Assembly (NCBI GenBank): GCA_963717145.1
Contig: OY970325.1
Coordinates: 1,504,001-1,568,000, forward strand
Reading direction: 5' to 3'
From: an uncultured Armatimonadetes bacterium
Lineage (GTDB): Bacteria > Armatimonadota > UBA5829 > DTJY01
DNA length: 64,000 bases
Part shown: piece by piece, positions 1-8,922 of the stretch
Layout of the letters: each line of letters starts with the position of its first letter
How positions within the stretch are numbered: position 1 is the first letter of the stretch
Made by a program: the position numbers and the translations under genes
Notes under the pieces: generated by a model
Database searches by the model: none
What the model was told of the DNA's origin: nothing
The model's input: only the letters and a program-made list of their open reading frames with translations

Positions 1-1144
1 GGATCTCCAGCGTATTCGGGCAGTCGCTCTCCTGGTACTCACGGGGATTGGCATGCGGGCAGGTGAACGGGCAGCCGGAATCGCCGTAGGTGATAGTATT
101 CAGGAACATCGGCGACATGTAGATCGGCTTCCCGATGTACCCTACTCCTGCCGGGATTCCCTCCTTCGAGAGCGCCTGGCCGAACTCGACCGGCGTGACC
201 CCAAGCAGCGATTCGTCGATCGTGATCGGATAGAGCCACCAGGAATGCTTGCAGCCTTCGCGGACGGTGGGAAGGTTGACTCCGGGGGCGTCGGCGAGAC
301 CCTTCGTGACGGCTTCGGCGATCTTCCTTCGGCGGGCGACAACGCTCTCAACCTTGCCGACCTGCGCGACCGCGACTGCGCCCGTCAGCTCGTTCATGCG
401 GTAGTTGATGCCGAGGAACGGGTAGTCACGCGCGCCCGGCTCTCTCGGCCAACCCTTGTCGGCAAACAGCTTGGCGCGTCGGCCGAGGACATCGTCGTTG
501 GTGACCGTTATGCCTCCGTCGCCGGCGGCCATGTGCTTCGACTGCTGCATGCTGAAGCAGCCGATGTCGCCCATCGTGCCGACGAGCCGTCCCTTGTACT
601 CGGCGAGATAAGCCTGGCAGCAGTCCTCGATGACCTTCAGATTGTGCTTCTTCGCAATATCGAGGATCGGGTCCATGTCCGCCGATTGGCCGAACAGGTG
701 GACGACCAGGATCGCCTTCGTTTTGGGCGTGATCCGCGCCTCGATGCTCTCGGGGAGCATCGTGTACGTCTTCGGGTCGAGATCGGCGAATACGGGAATC
801 GCGTTCTGGAAGAGGATACCGATCAGCGACCCCATATCGGTGATCGGCGCGGTGATGATCTCGTCGCCCGGATTCGGGTTGGCCGCGGCCACGGCGACAT
901 GGATCGCCGAAGTGCCCGACGTCGATGCTATGCCATGCTTGAGGCCCAGAAGAGCCGCAAAGTCGGCCTCGAATTTGTCTACGAACTTCCCCCCGTATCT
1001 GAAGAGGTTGCCGGAATCGATCACCTCTCTGAGATTTGCCGTCTCCTCCGCGCCGAACCCCCGGCCCGACTTGTTGCCTACGGAAGGCAGCGGCCCCGTC
1101 CGAACCGGAGTCCCGCCGTCTATCACCAGTGTCTCGCTGTCCAA
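1..1144 (-). CDS. DegT/DnrJ/EryC1/StrS family PLP-dependent aminotransferase (3' end runs off the window)
   Basis: Manual minus-strand translation (absent from the ORF track because it has no stop in the window): ...SGTSAIHVAV...PGDEII...VVHLFGQSADMD...VIEDCCQA...GCFSMQQSKH; TTG start at 1144 after GAGGTG. Confidence 0.9.
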   Translation of the reverse strand, partial: MDSETLVIDGGTPVRTGPLPSVGNKSGRGFGAEETANLREVIDSGNLFRYGGKFVDKFEADFAALLGLKHGIASTSGTSAIHVAVAAANPNPGDEIITAPITDMGSLIGILFQNAIPVFADLDPKTYTMLPESIEARITPKTKAILVVHLFGQSADMDPILDIAKKHNLKVIEDCCQAYLAEYKGRLVGTMGDIGCFSMQQSKHMAAGDGGITVTNDDVLGRRAKLFADKGWPREPGARDYPFLGINYRMNELTGAVAVAQVGKVESVVARRRKIAEAVTKGLADAPGVNLPTVREGCKHSWWLYPITIDESLLGVTPVEFGQALSKEGIPAGVGYIGKPIYMSPMFLNTITYGDSGCPFTCPHANPREYQESDCPNTLEI

Positions 1145-1357
1145 AGTAGCCACCTCGCATTATCTTTTTTGCCCAAGCGACTCTGCCCGGACATACACGC
1201 TTAAGATGCTACACCGACCACTGAATTCCCTCCCGCCTTCATCCGCACTCCAAAGGGTGTCAAGCCACCGCACTCCGACGAGAAGCGCCCTGTCCGCGGC
1301 TGGAAGCCGTGGGCAGGGCGCTTATCTTGCATATATCTGAAACCTGATCGGTCGGCT

Positions 1358-1798
1358 CTACTTCTTGCTCAGCTCCGGCACGATCTTGGTGAGCTTTGCG
1401 ATATCCTTGCTGTCGATGGCGGAATTCGCGCCCAGGACCGACGGGAGAGCTTCCACCAGTGGCTGGCGCAGGATCCTGCGGCAAACGTCATCCATCAACC
1501 GAAGACCTACCTCCTCACGCGTGATGTTGGCAGTGTACACGAAGGCATCCGTCTTCCTCGTGCCCAGTCTCTTCTGGGTAAGTATCCCCTTCTTGGAGAG
1601 CTTTGCCATCGTAAGCATGATGGTAGAGTAAGACAGCTCTCGGCGCGGGTACATGATCTTGAAGACTTGGGCCGATGTGATCGGCGGCTGGAGTTCCCAG
1701 ATCACGTCCATGATCTGCGCCTCCAACTCCCCAAGCGACTGCCCCAACAAGCCTTTCCGAATCCCGACATAGTCCCGCGCCCCGTTCTTTGCATTCAT
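1358..1798 (-). CDS. BlaI/MecI/CopY family transcriptional regulator
   Basis: LGELEAQIMDVIWE...LSYSTIMLTMAKLSKKGIL winged-helix signature; AAAGGAG RBS. Confidence 0.85.
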   Translation of the reverse strand: MNAKNGARDYVGIRKGLLGQSLGELEAQIMDVIWELQPPITSAQVFKIMYPRRELSYSTIMLTMAKLSKKGILTQKRLGTRKTDAFVYTANITREEVGLRLMDDVCRRILRQPLVEALPSVLGANSAIDSKDIAKLTKIVPELSKK

Positions 1799-2063
1799 AT
1801 AGCCACACTCCTTTGCTGATCTTCAGCGAATTCTGGGCTCCTCGCTGCGGTTCTGCGACGTCACATCCATGAGCGCCCGCGGTCAAGTCTGAGAGTTACA
1901 ACAACTAGTACGCGTGGCGATCTGTGGGTCTCAAGACCGCAAGGAACGTGTTGCTGTGATATGATAGCAATCCGTGGGAGCGCTGTCAAGCTTTATGTAC
2001 GACTTTGCCCAGGTGCAGCAATGATCATCGTGTCTGGTCACGTGGATCTGTATCCGACCCATG

Positions 2064-3215
2064 CTACCGGGCCGCGCGCGGCTCGAATTTCGGCTTGTAG
2101 TCCGAGCAGTTGAAGGACTTGGAGCTCTCCTGCGGCGATTCGGCTTCCGACAGGTAGACGTAATCGCCGGAGACCGAGCACCGCTGATACGTCTCGTCAT
2201 AGAGCCCGCAGTCCATGCAGCGTCGAAGGACATTCCAGCATACCGCACAACGCAGGCTGCCGACGAGTTCGATGCGACCGCACAACGGGCAGTGGATGTA
2301 GACCTCTTTGAAGCCGTGATCGTCCTTTCGGAGCGCCAGCCTGATCTTGTTGCAGAAAACGTCCAGTTCGGCGGAAGCCGTCGCACAACTGCTGAGCACC
2401 TGGTTCATCTCCTCCAGCTTCATGTACTCGATCAGCCGCTCGTCGATCACGTCCGACAGGTGGTTGGCCGCTTTTTCCAGGGCTTGAAGATGCTGGCCCG
2501 CCGTTTGTGACTTGAAAGGCTTCGTCTTCTTCTGCGCCTTGCCGATCTGCTTGAGGATCTCCTCCGTCACGCGCAGAGGCACGCGCAGGAACGCTTCCGT
2601 CTTGGCCGGAACCTCACGGATCGCCTCCAGAATGCGCTGCGTCTCGGCTGCTGACAGATTCTCGTCCTTGATCTTCCGTACGATGCGGGCCTGGAGTCCC
2701 GGATCGGAATTCATGGTCTTCAGCAGACGCGCATGGGCCTCGGAAAAGCAGCTCTCTGACGCGCCGCTGAATGACTCGATCAGCTCGCGCTGAATGGCCT
2801 CGGGGAGTTCGAGCAGGTCGAGATGACGGCGGAGGGTGCTCTCGCTCACACCGAGCGTTTTCGCGCACTTCTCCCACGTCATGAAGCCGAGCAGCGACTC
2901 GATGGCCCTGGCGCGGTCGATCGGGTTCAGGTCTTCACGCTGGAAGTTTTCGAGCAGCGCATCTGCGGCGGCATCCTCGTCGTTCATCTCCCGGATGACC
3001 GCCGGTATCTCATCCAAACCCGCCAGGCGGCTCGCGCGATACCTGCGCTCGCCCATGACGATCTCGTACTTATCGTCTTTGGGTCGGACTACTATCGGCT
3101 CGAGGACCCCGCGCTCCTTTATCGACTGAGCCAGCTCTTCCAGGCTGCTGTCGTAGAACGTCTGCCTCGGCTGCTTGCTGTTGGTGACAATCTCGTCAAC
3201 GCTGATTAGTTGCAA
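2064..3215 (-). CDS. ParB/RepB/Spo0J family protein with C-terminal Cys-rich (zinc-ribbon-like) extension
   Basis: QPRQTF...GVLEPIVVRP...IVMGERRYRA...LLENFQREDLNPID, then HTH; C-terminal CPLC/CAVC/CMDC. Start placed at TTG 3215 after GGGGTG (ORF track extends to 3371). Confidence 0.85.
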   Translation of the reverse strand: MQLISVDEIVTNSKQPRQTFYDSSLEELAQSIKERGVLEPIVVRPKDDKYEIVMGERRYRASRLAGLDEIPAVIREMNDEDAAADALLENFQREDLNPIDRARAIESLLGFMTWEKCAKTLGVSESTLRRHLDLLELPEAIQRELIESFSGASESCFSEAHARLLKTMNSDPGLQARIVRKIKDENLSAAETQRILEAIREVPAKTEAFLRVPLRVTEEILKQIGKAQKKTKPFKSQTAGQHLQALEKAANHLSDVIDERLIEYMKLEEMNQVLSSCATASAELDVFCNKIRLALRKDDHGFKEVYIHCPLCGRIELVGSLRCAVCWNVLRRCMDCGLYDETYQRCSVSGDYVYLSEAESPQESSKSFNCSDYKPKFEPRAAR

Positions 3216-3364
3216 TGCGCACCCCCATTTGCTTTCCCCACTGAGAATACTCCTACTCATTATTATGGGATCAGAGCACGAGCCGAATAGGGACGAAGGC
3301 CGCTGCGGACGAAAAACCGGCATATGTACTTGTGGAAGCCGAGCTTGAATGCTATACTCCGAAT

Positions 3365-4627
3365 ATGCCACGCTCCATAGCAGGAAGGTTTCTCGTACTG
3401 TCCGTCATCCTGATCATCGCCCTGTCCGGCTGCGGCGGAGGCGGAGGATCGCGGCTTTCCGTGATCCCGGACGATCCGCGATCCCCCCGAGTCTGGACGG
3501 TGCTCGTCTACATGGCGGCGGACAACAGCCTGGAGTCGTCCGGAATCGAGGACATCAACGAGATGGAGACCGTCGGCTCGACAAGCCAGGCGACGGTACT
3601 GGTGCAGATCGACCGCAGACCCGGCGGCGATGACACCAACGGTGGCTGGACGACTACGAGAAGGTATCGCATCACTCGCGATTCCGACCCATCCCTGATC
3701 GGTTCGGAGCTTCTGGCGGACCTCGGCGAGCTGAACATGGCCGATCCCGCGCGACTGACCGATTTCGTTCAGTGGGGAGTGCAGAACTACCCGGCTGAGC
3801 ACTACCTCCTGGTGCTTTGGGACCACGGACAGGGATGGCAGAGCCGCGCGCTCTCCGTTCGACCAAGGGAAGTCCGAGCGATCCACGTCGACGAGACGAG
3901 CGGAGGCGACGACATGAGCCTCCCCGAACTGGAGGAGGCGTTTGCTCCCCTGCCCCGCATGGACATCGTGCTCTTCGACGCGTGCCTCATGGGGATGGTG
4001 GAGGTCGCGCATTCGATCGAGAACTCGGCGGATATCATGATCGCATCCGAGGAGGAGATCCCCGTCGCCGGCCAACCGTATCAGTCGCTGGTGGGGAGGC
4101 TCGTCTACAATCCGAGTATCGAGCCGCCAGCGGTTGCATCAGCGGTGGTCGATGACTACATCAGCCACTACAGCGGAATCAGTTCGCCGTGCACCCTCTC
4201 CGCTCTCGACCTGAGTCGCATGGGGGAGCTGGTATCGGCCACGGATGATCTTGCCGCACAGATGATTGCCGCCAGTGGAGCATGGGGGTCGGCGATCCGG
4301 CTGTCAGCCGAGCAGGCCCAGCACTTCCAGAGCGACAGAGCCGGCAACTCGACCTATACCGACTACCGCGACCTCTACGACTTCGCCTGGAGGGTCAGGG
4401 GATCGGTGCTCAGCGTGCCGATGCGGACTGCGGCATCGGATGTGATCTCCGCGATCGAAGCTGCGGTCATCGCCCAGAGGAACACCGGGGGCACTGTCAC
4501 CAACTCGCACGGAGTCTCGATCTACCTGCCCACGCCGGAGACTCGTTCGGGTGCGCTCCTCACGCAGTACGCGGGCATCAGCTTCGGGCGGGATACGCAG
4601 TGGGACGAGTTCCTCGCGGCATATTAG
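3365..4627 (+). CDS. Clostripain-family (peptidase C11) lipoprotein
   Basis: WTVLVYMAADNSL, LVLWDHGQGW (catalytic His), FDACLM (catalytic Cys), ASEE; lipobox LSGC. Confidence 0.85.
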   Translation: MPRSIAGRFLVLSVILIIALSGCGGGGGSRLSVIPDDPRSPRVWTVLVYMAADNSLESSGIEDINEMETVGSTSQATVLVQIDRRPGGDDTNGGWTTTRRYRITRDSDPSLIGSELLADLGELNMADPARLTDFVQWGVQNYPAEHYLLVLWDHGQGWQSRALSVRPREVRAIHVDETSGGDDMSLPELEEAFAPLPRMDIVLFDACLMGMVEVAHSIENSADIMIASEEEIPVAGQPYQSLVGRLVYNPSIEPPAVASAVVDDYISHYSGISSPCTLSALDLSRMGELVSATDDLAAQMIAASGAWGSAIRLSAEQAQHFQSDRAGNSTYTDYRDLYDFAWRVRGSVLSVPMRTAASDVISAIEAAVIAQRNTGGTVTNSHGVSIYLPTPETRSGALLTQYAGISFGRDTQWDEFLAAY

Positions 4628-4630
4628 AGG

Positions 4631-5524
4631 CTATCGGCGGAGAGTGGTGTCCACTCGTGGCCGACCATCCGCAAATGACACCTCGACCGCGCCGTCCTGA
4701 TCCGTGCGGCACGCCTTGATCCCCCGCGCCGTGAGCCTTTCCAACACCTGCCTGCTCGGATGGCCGAATGGGTTGTTCCGACCGACGCTGATGACCGCGA
4801 CCTGAGGGCTGACCTCATCGAGCCAGGAATCGCTCGTGGAGTCGCTGCTGCCGTGATGAGCCACCTTCAGCACGCCGCTCCTGATGTCGCCCGCGAACTC
4901 CATGATGCTCGCCTCGGCATCGCGTCCGGCGTCACCCATCAACATGATGGACGACCGCCCGCTGGTCACGCGGAGGACGATAGAGTTGGTGTTGACGTCA
5001 TCCTCTGTTCCGACCAGGTGCTCTTCCGGCGGGTTGAGTACCTCGGCTCTCGTTCCATCGCCGAGGTCGAGCACCTGACCCCTGACCGCCTTCCGAAATG
5101 GGATACCACGATCTCGAACGGCGACCAGGAAGTCCCGATAGGCCTTGGAGGGATGTGGTATCGCCGGATCGAGCACCATGCCGACGCGGAAGTCGCGCAC
5201 CACGGCGGTGAGTCCGTTGAGATGGTCCGCGTGCGGATGAGTGAGCACGAGGACATCGATGCGGTTGACACCCTGCCTTCTCAGGAACGGCTCGATGAGC
5301 TTGTAACCAATGTCGCCCGATCCCTCCGAGCCGCCGTCGACCAGCATCGTGCGACCCGAGGGAGTGCGGATGAAGGAGCAGTCCCCCTGCCCCACGCTGA
5401 GAAACGTGGCGGCGAACTGACCGGTCACCGGCGGCCTGAGCGCCTCCTGCCAGATCCAGGCGGCGAGGACGGCCAGAACCGCCATCAGGAGATATGCCCT
5501 GTTAAGGTGTTTTCGTGACGGCAT
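4631..5524 (-). CDS. comEC: ComEC/Rec2 metallo-beta-lactamase-like domain protein (separate ORF, or C-terminal part of a frameshifted comEC)
   Basis: FLSVGQGD, LTHPHADHLNG, NTNSIVL, LKVAHHGS, ISVGRNNPFGHP, RTDQDG. Confidence 0.85.
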   Translation of the reverse strand: MPSRKHLNRAYLLMAVLAVLAAWIWQEALRPPVTGQFAATFLSVGQGDCSFIRTPSGRTMLVDGGSEGSGDIGYKLIEPFLRRQGVNRIDVLVLTHPHADHLNGLTAVVRDFRVGMVLDPAIPHPSKAYRDFLVAVRDRGIPFRKAVRGQVLDLGDGTRAEVLNPPEEHLVGTEDDVNTNSIVLRVTSGRSSIMLMGDAGRDAEASIMEFAGDIRSGVLKVAHHGSSDSTSDSWLDEVSPQVAVISVGRNNPFGHPSRQVLERLTARGIKACRTDQDGAVEVSFADGRPRVDTTLRR

Positions 5525-7112
5525 TATTCGGCTTCCTGTGAGGTAAGATGATGCGGTAAGCGTATTCAAGTATCGCCAGAAGCACCGCATAGTACAGCAG
5601 CATGAACACCCATGTCGGGGAGCGGACGGAGTATGATGACCACGAGAACCCGCTCAGCGCAGTCACGATGGATAGCATCCATCCTGAGATCGATCCCGTA
5701 CCCAGCGCCGCCGCAGCACCGATCGGCGGGAGCCAGTTGAAGGCGAGCGAAACCAGGCCGAAGACCGTGAGCGCGACGACCAGGAGCGTCACCATCGCGT
5801 TTGCGAGAATTGATACCACCGAGACGTAGTTGAAGTAGTACGCCGTGATCGGAAGGGTGCCGAGAGTCGCGGCGACCGACAGGAGCACCGCGGCGGCGAT
5901 GTTTCGCCGGCACCACTCAGCGCACCTCCAGAACGGGCCGTACCTTCGAGCCGGTTTCTTGACGTCCTTCTCCTCCTTCGACCGAAGCGATACCTCCAGC
6001 AGCGGCATCACCAGGATGATCGCCAATACGGCTGCGAAGGAAAGCTGGAATCCGACATCGTAGAGGCTCAGGGGACTCGCCATCAGGATGATCAGGCCGC
6101 TCAGCATCACGCTGTCAAGCATGTCAGGCACTCTCTGGAGGAGATACGCGGACAGGAAGACGGTCACCATGATCGTCGCTCGGATGATCGACGGACCTCC
6201 GCCTGCGAGCCCAGCGAACCCCCACAGAAGCGCGATGAGAAGGACGTGCAGCCAGGCGCGAGGGACCGTCAACCTTCGAAGGATCCACCGGAAGATCAGC
6301 ACAATGATCCCACAGTTGTACCCCGAGGCCGCGAGCAGGTGCATTGTCCCTGTACGCATGAATGCCGACTGCACGCTGAGAGGGAGCGCGGAATAGTTCC
6401 CGAGCAGGATTCCGAGGAGCAGATTGCCCCGGTCGTCCGGGAAGAGACGGCGAACCTTCGCTGAGAGAATGGACTTGAACCAGCCGGTCGCGCGCCCGAG
6501 AACGCCTGATCCGGGTCCAAGGCGCTCCGTCACCCCGGTGGGAATCACCATCGCGCAGTAGATCCTCCGGCGGGCCAGGTAGTCGGCATATGAGCCTGAG
6601 TCGGGGTTCGCAGGCGGAGCGGGCACCTTCAGCCTGCCGTGGATGCGCACCCTGTCGGCATGGAACAGGACATGGTTGTCGATCTCCTCCGGCTGCCAGG
6701 TTGGCCGATAGATCGTCACCATCGCCCGGCCTGTGACGGGGTACTCGCCGGTGTACGTCTTCACCGATTCGGCGCGCAATTCGAACCGAACGCTGCCGTC
6801 ATCGCGCGGCTCGGGGTCGGAGGCAATGACTCCGGTGAGGTGGACGAGCTTTCCCTCAGCATATCGGCTGATGTCGTCAGGAGGCACGACCCATCCGGCG
6901 GAGGTCCGGATCAGCCCGACGAGGAATACGACGCCCGCCAAAACCATCATCGATCTCGGCACCGGTCTGATCGGCACGACTGCCGCCGCGAGGATGAATA
7001 TGGATCCGACCCACAGGCCAGTCATCGGCATCAGATGCATCGCGGCGGCGCACACGATCCCTGCGATGTAGGCGACTGCGATCGGAAACAGTGGTCGGTG
7101 ATGTAGGTTCAT
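5502..7112 (-). CDS. comEC: ComEC/Rec2 competence membrane channel (N-terminal OB plus Competence domain)
   Basis: GTMHLLAASGYN, PSIIRATIM, DVGFQLSFAAV, many TM helices; ATGA overlap with comEA stop. Confidence 0.9.
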   Translation of the reverse strand: MNLHHRPLFPIAVAYIAGIVCAAAMHLMPMTGLWVGSIFILAAAVVPIRPVPRSMMVLAGVVFLVGLIRTSAGWVVPPDDISRYAEGKLVHLTGVIASDPEPRDDGSVRFELRAESVKTYTGEYPVTGRAMVTIYRPTWQPEEIDNHVLFHADRVRIHGRLKVPAPPANPDSGSYADYLARRRIYCAMVIPTGVTERLGPGSGVLGRATGWFKSILSAKVRRLFPDDRGNLLLGILLGNYSALPLSVQSAFMRTGTMHLLAASGYNCGIIVLIFRWILRRLTVPRAWLHVLLIALLWGFAGLAGGGPSIIRATIMVTVFLSAYLLQRVPDMLDSVMLSGLIILMASPLSLYDVGFQLSFAAVLAIILVMPLLEVSLRSKEEKDVKKPARRYGPFWRCAEWCRRNIAAAVLLSVAATLGTLPITAYYFNYVSVVSILANAMVTLLVVALTVFGLVSLAFNWLPPIGAAAALGTGSISGWMLSIVTALSGFSWSSYSVRSPTWVFMLLYYAVLLAILEYAYRIILPHRKPNNAVTKTP

Positions 7113-7786
7113 AGCTTGACGAACGGCTTCATCTTCGCGAGCGTCTTCGGGCCGATGCCCTTGACCTCCTCGAGTTCATCGACCGACTTGAAGGCGCCGT
7201 GCTCCTTGCGGTAGTCGATGATCCGCTGGGCCATCGCGGGGCCTACTCCGACGAGGTGCTGGAGTTCGTCCGCACTCGCGCTGTTGATGCTGACCGTGCC
7301 GTCGCCGGGCTTCTTGTATTTCTGGACGCCGGCACTCCCGCCCTTGCTACCAGAGGCACGCGTGCCGGACGGAGGCTCGCCGCCTCTCACGACGGACACG
7401 ACCGGCGGAGGGACCCGGCCTTTCGGAGCGATGTATACCTGCTGGCCGTCCTGAAGCTTCTCGGCGAGGTTGATGGTTTCCAGGTCCGCATTTCCGGAAG
7501 CGCCGCCCGCCGCCTCGATCGCGTCCTGCACTCGGCTGGCAGGCTCCAGCTCATAGAGCCCCGGTTTCGCGACCTTTCCGGAGACGTGCACACTGACCGT
7601 TCGGGGCTTCTCAGGCTCAGGAGAGGTGACGGTGTCGGCGGACGCTCCTCCCGGCTGGATCAACTTCACCGGGCCTGAGTTCATTTGGGCCGCTCCGGAC
7701 TTGGACAGGTAGAAGACCGTGCCGGCGAGCACGATCACGAAGAGGACTATGACGCCGATGATCTGCGGCCGGGTGTAGCTCTTCAC
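7109..7786 (-). CDS. comEA: ComEA DNA-uptake protein (SLBB plus helix-hairpin-helix)
   Basis: VHVSGKVAKPGLYEL...RVQDAIEAAGG...INLAEKLQDGQQVYI; SINSASADELQHLVGVGPAMAQRII...VKGIGPKT. Confidence 0.93.
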   Translation of the reverse strand: MKSYTRPQIIGVIVLFVIVLAGTVFYLSKSGAAQMNSGPVKLIQPGGASADTVTSPEPEKPRTVSVHVSGKVAKPGLYELEPASRVQDAIEAAGGASGNADLETINLAEKLQDGQQVYIAPKGRVPPPVVSVVRGGEPPSGTRASGSKGGSAGVQKYKKPGDGTVSINSASADELQHLVGVGPAMAQRIIDYRKEHGAFKSVDELEEVKGIGPKTLAKMKPFVKL

Positions 7787-7938
7787 GGCAGGACACCTCC
7801 GGGGATCAGGATGCAGAAACCGCTTACTGGCGGGATTATATCACCGGTACTGAGGGAAAGCAAGGCCTGGATTCCTGCGCGGACATGAACATGGTAGTGG
7901 GGCGCGTGCAGAATGAAGGCGACCATTGGGCTCGCCAG

Positions 7939-8403
7939 TCATGGGCCCTTGGCAAGACGGATGGCATCCGCCAACTCGTCCGGCCTCTGAGAGCCAATGA
8001 TAATGTGCTTCCCATCCCAGAGCAGAAGCTGTACCCCCCGGTTGCCGATGACGTGATAGACCCTAGTTCGGAATACCCAGCCGTAGTATTCAAAGAGCAC
8101 ACCGTAGGCCCGCGCTTCGACGTGGGCAATGTCGCCGAACTGGATCGCGCGGTACGACCTCTGCCATGGGATGCGCTTGATGTATATGCCGTCATTCCGG
8201 ACCTCGGTGATCTGCTTTGTCACGAGGAGCAACACTGCAAACAGCCCGAGAACCGAGGTCATGACGATCAGGCTCCCAATGACCTCGGCTTTGTTCAGGC
8301 CTGAGGTCGCCCAGATGCAGAACACGTAGATCAGCGCGATCGACCATATCCATTTCGACGCGCTCTGGACTTCGCGAAATGTTACGTTGGACTGAACATC
8401 CAT
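7939..8403 (-). CDS. small membrane protein (DUF6141-like)
   Basis: TFREVQ...two TM helices...TEVRNDGIYIK...EYYGW...GNRGVQL...IIIGSQRPDEL; GGAGAG RBS. Confidence 0.6.
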   Translation of the reverse strand: MDVQSNVTFREVQSASKWIWSIALIYVFCIWATSGLNKAEVIGSLIVMTSVLGLFAVLLLVTKQITEVRNDGIYIKRIPWQRSYRAIQFGDIAHVEARAYGVLFEYYGWVFRTRVYHVIGNRGVQLLLWDGKHIIIGSQRPDELADAIRLAKGP

Positions 8404-8461
8404 CACTGCTCTCCTGCCCGATATGTGGCATCTCCAGATGCAAACGTTCCCTTCGATCACA

Positions 8462-8922
8462 TCAGAACGAGTCCTCGGTAAAGCGGTAGCCTCTGCTCCG
8501 GACATTAGTGCAAACACTACCTCTAGGTAAGGTTGGTAGTTAGCAGCACTATGGTGTGCTGCAGTCGGTGCACCCCGGGGTTTTGCCCTGGCAGACAGAG
8601 ATGATGCTCACTCTAACCGCCTCATGCAGACGAGAATCCGTATCGTTCTCTCCTGCGAGCGAGCTTCAGAAATCCTCTTCTCGGAATCGGTAGCCTCTGA
8701 TCCGGACCTTTCTGCTGCCACTACCCTTAGATAGGGTTGGTGATTGGCAGCAGTAATGCGGGCATTGCGGTGCTGCCAACGTAGCACCCTGGCTCTTTCC
8801 CTTGCAGGCAGAAACGATACTCAGTCCAAACCGCCTCATGCAGGCGAGAATCCCTATCGTTCTCTCCTGCCAAAGCTTCAGAAATCCTCTTCCTTGAACC
8901 GGTAGCCCCTGATCTGCGCCTT
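8462..8922. repeat. degenerate tandem repeat, ~205-212 bp period, ~2.2 copies, overlapping the 3' end of the sialidase-like gene
   Basis: aaccgcctcatgcagrcgagaatccstatcgttctctcctgc at ~8615 and ~8829; cggtagccyctg at ~8484, ~8688 and ~8900. Confidence 0.85.

Noticed and set aside
53-1204. 383-aa plus-strand ORF
   Set aside because: Antisense shadow of the minus-strand DegT gene, which has clear family motifs
1895-1912. BlaI/CopY operator
   Set aside because: ttacaacaactagta is too poor a match to TACA-NN-TGTA to support
8462-8922. DGR template/variable repeat or integron attC array
   Set aside because: Differences are not adenine-specific, no reverse transcriptase or integron integrase is in the window, and RYYYAAC/GTTRRRY boxes are not convincingly paired
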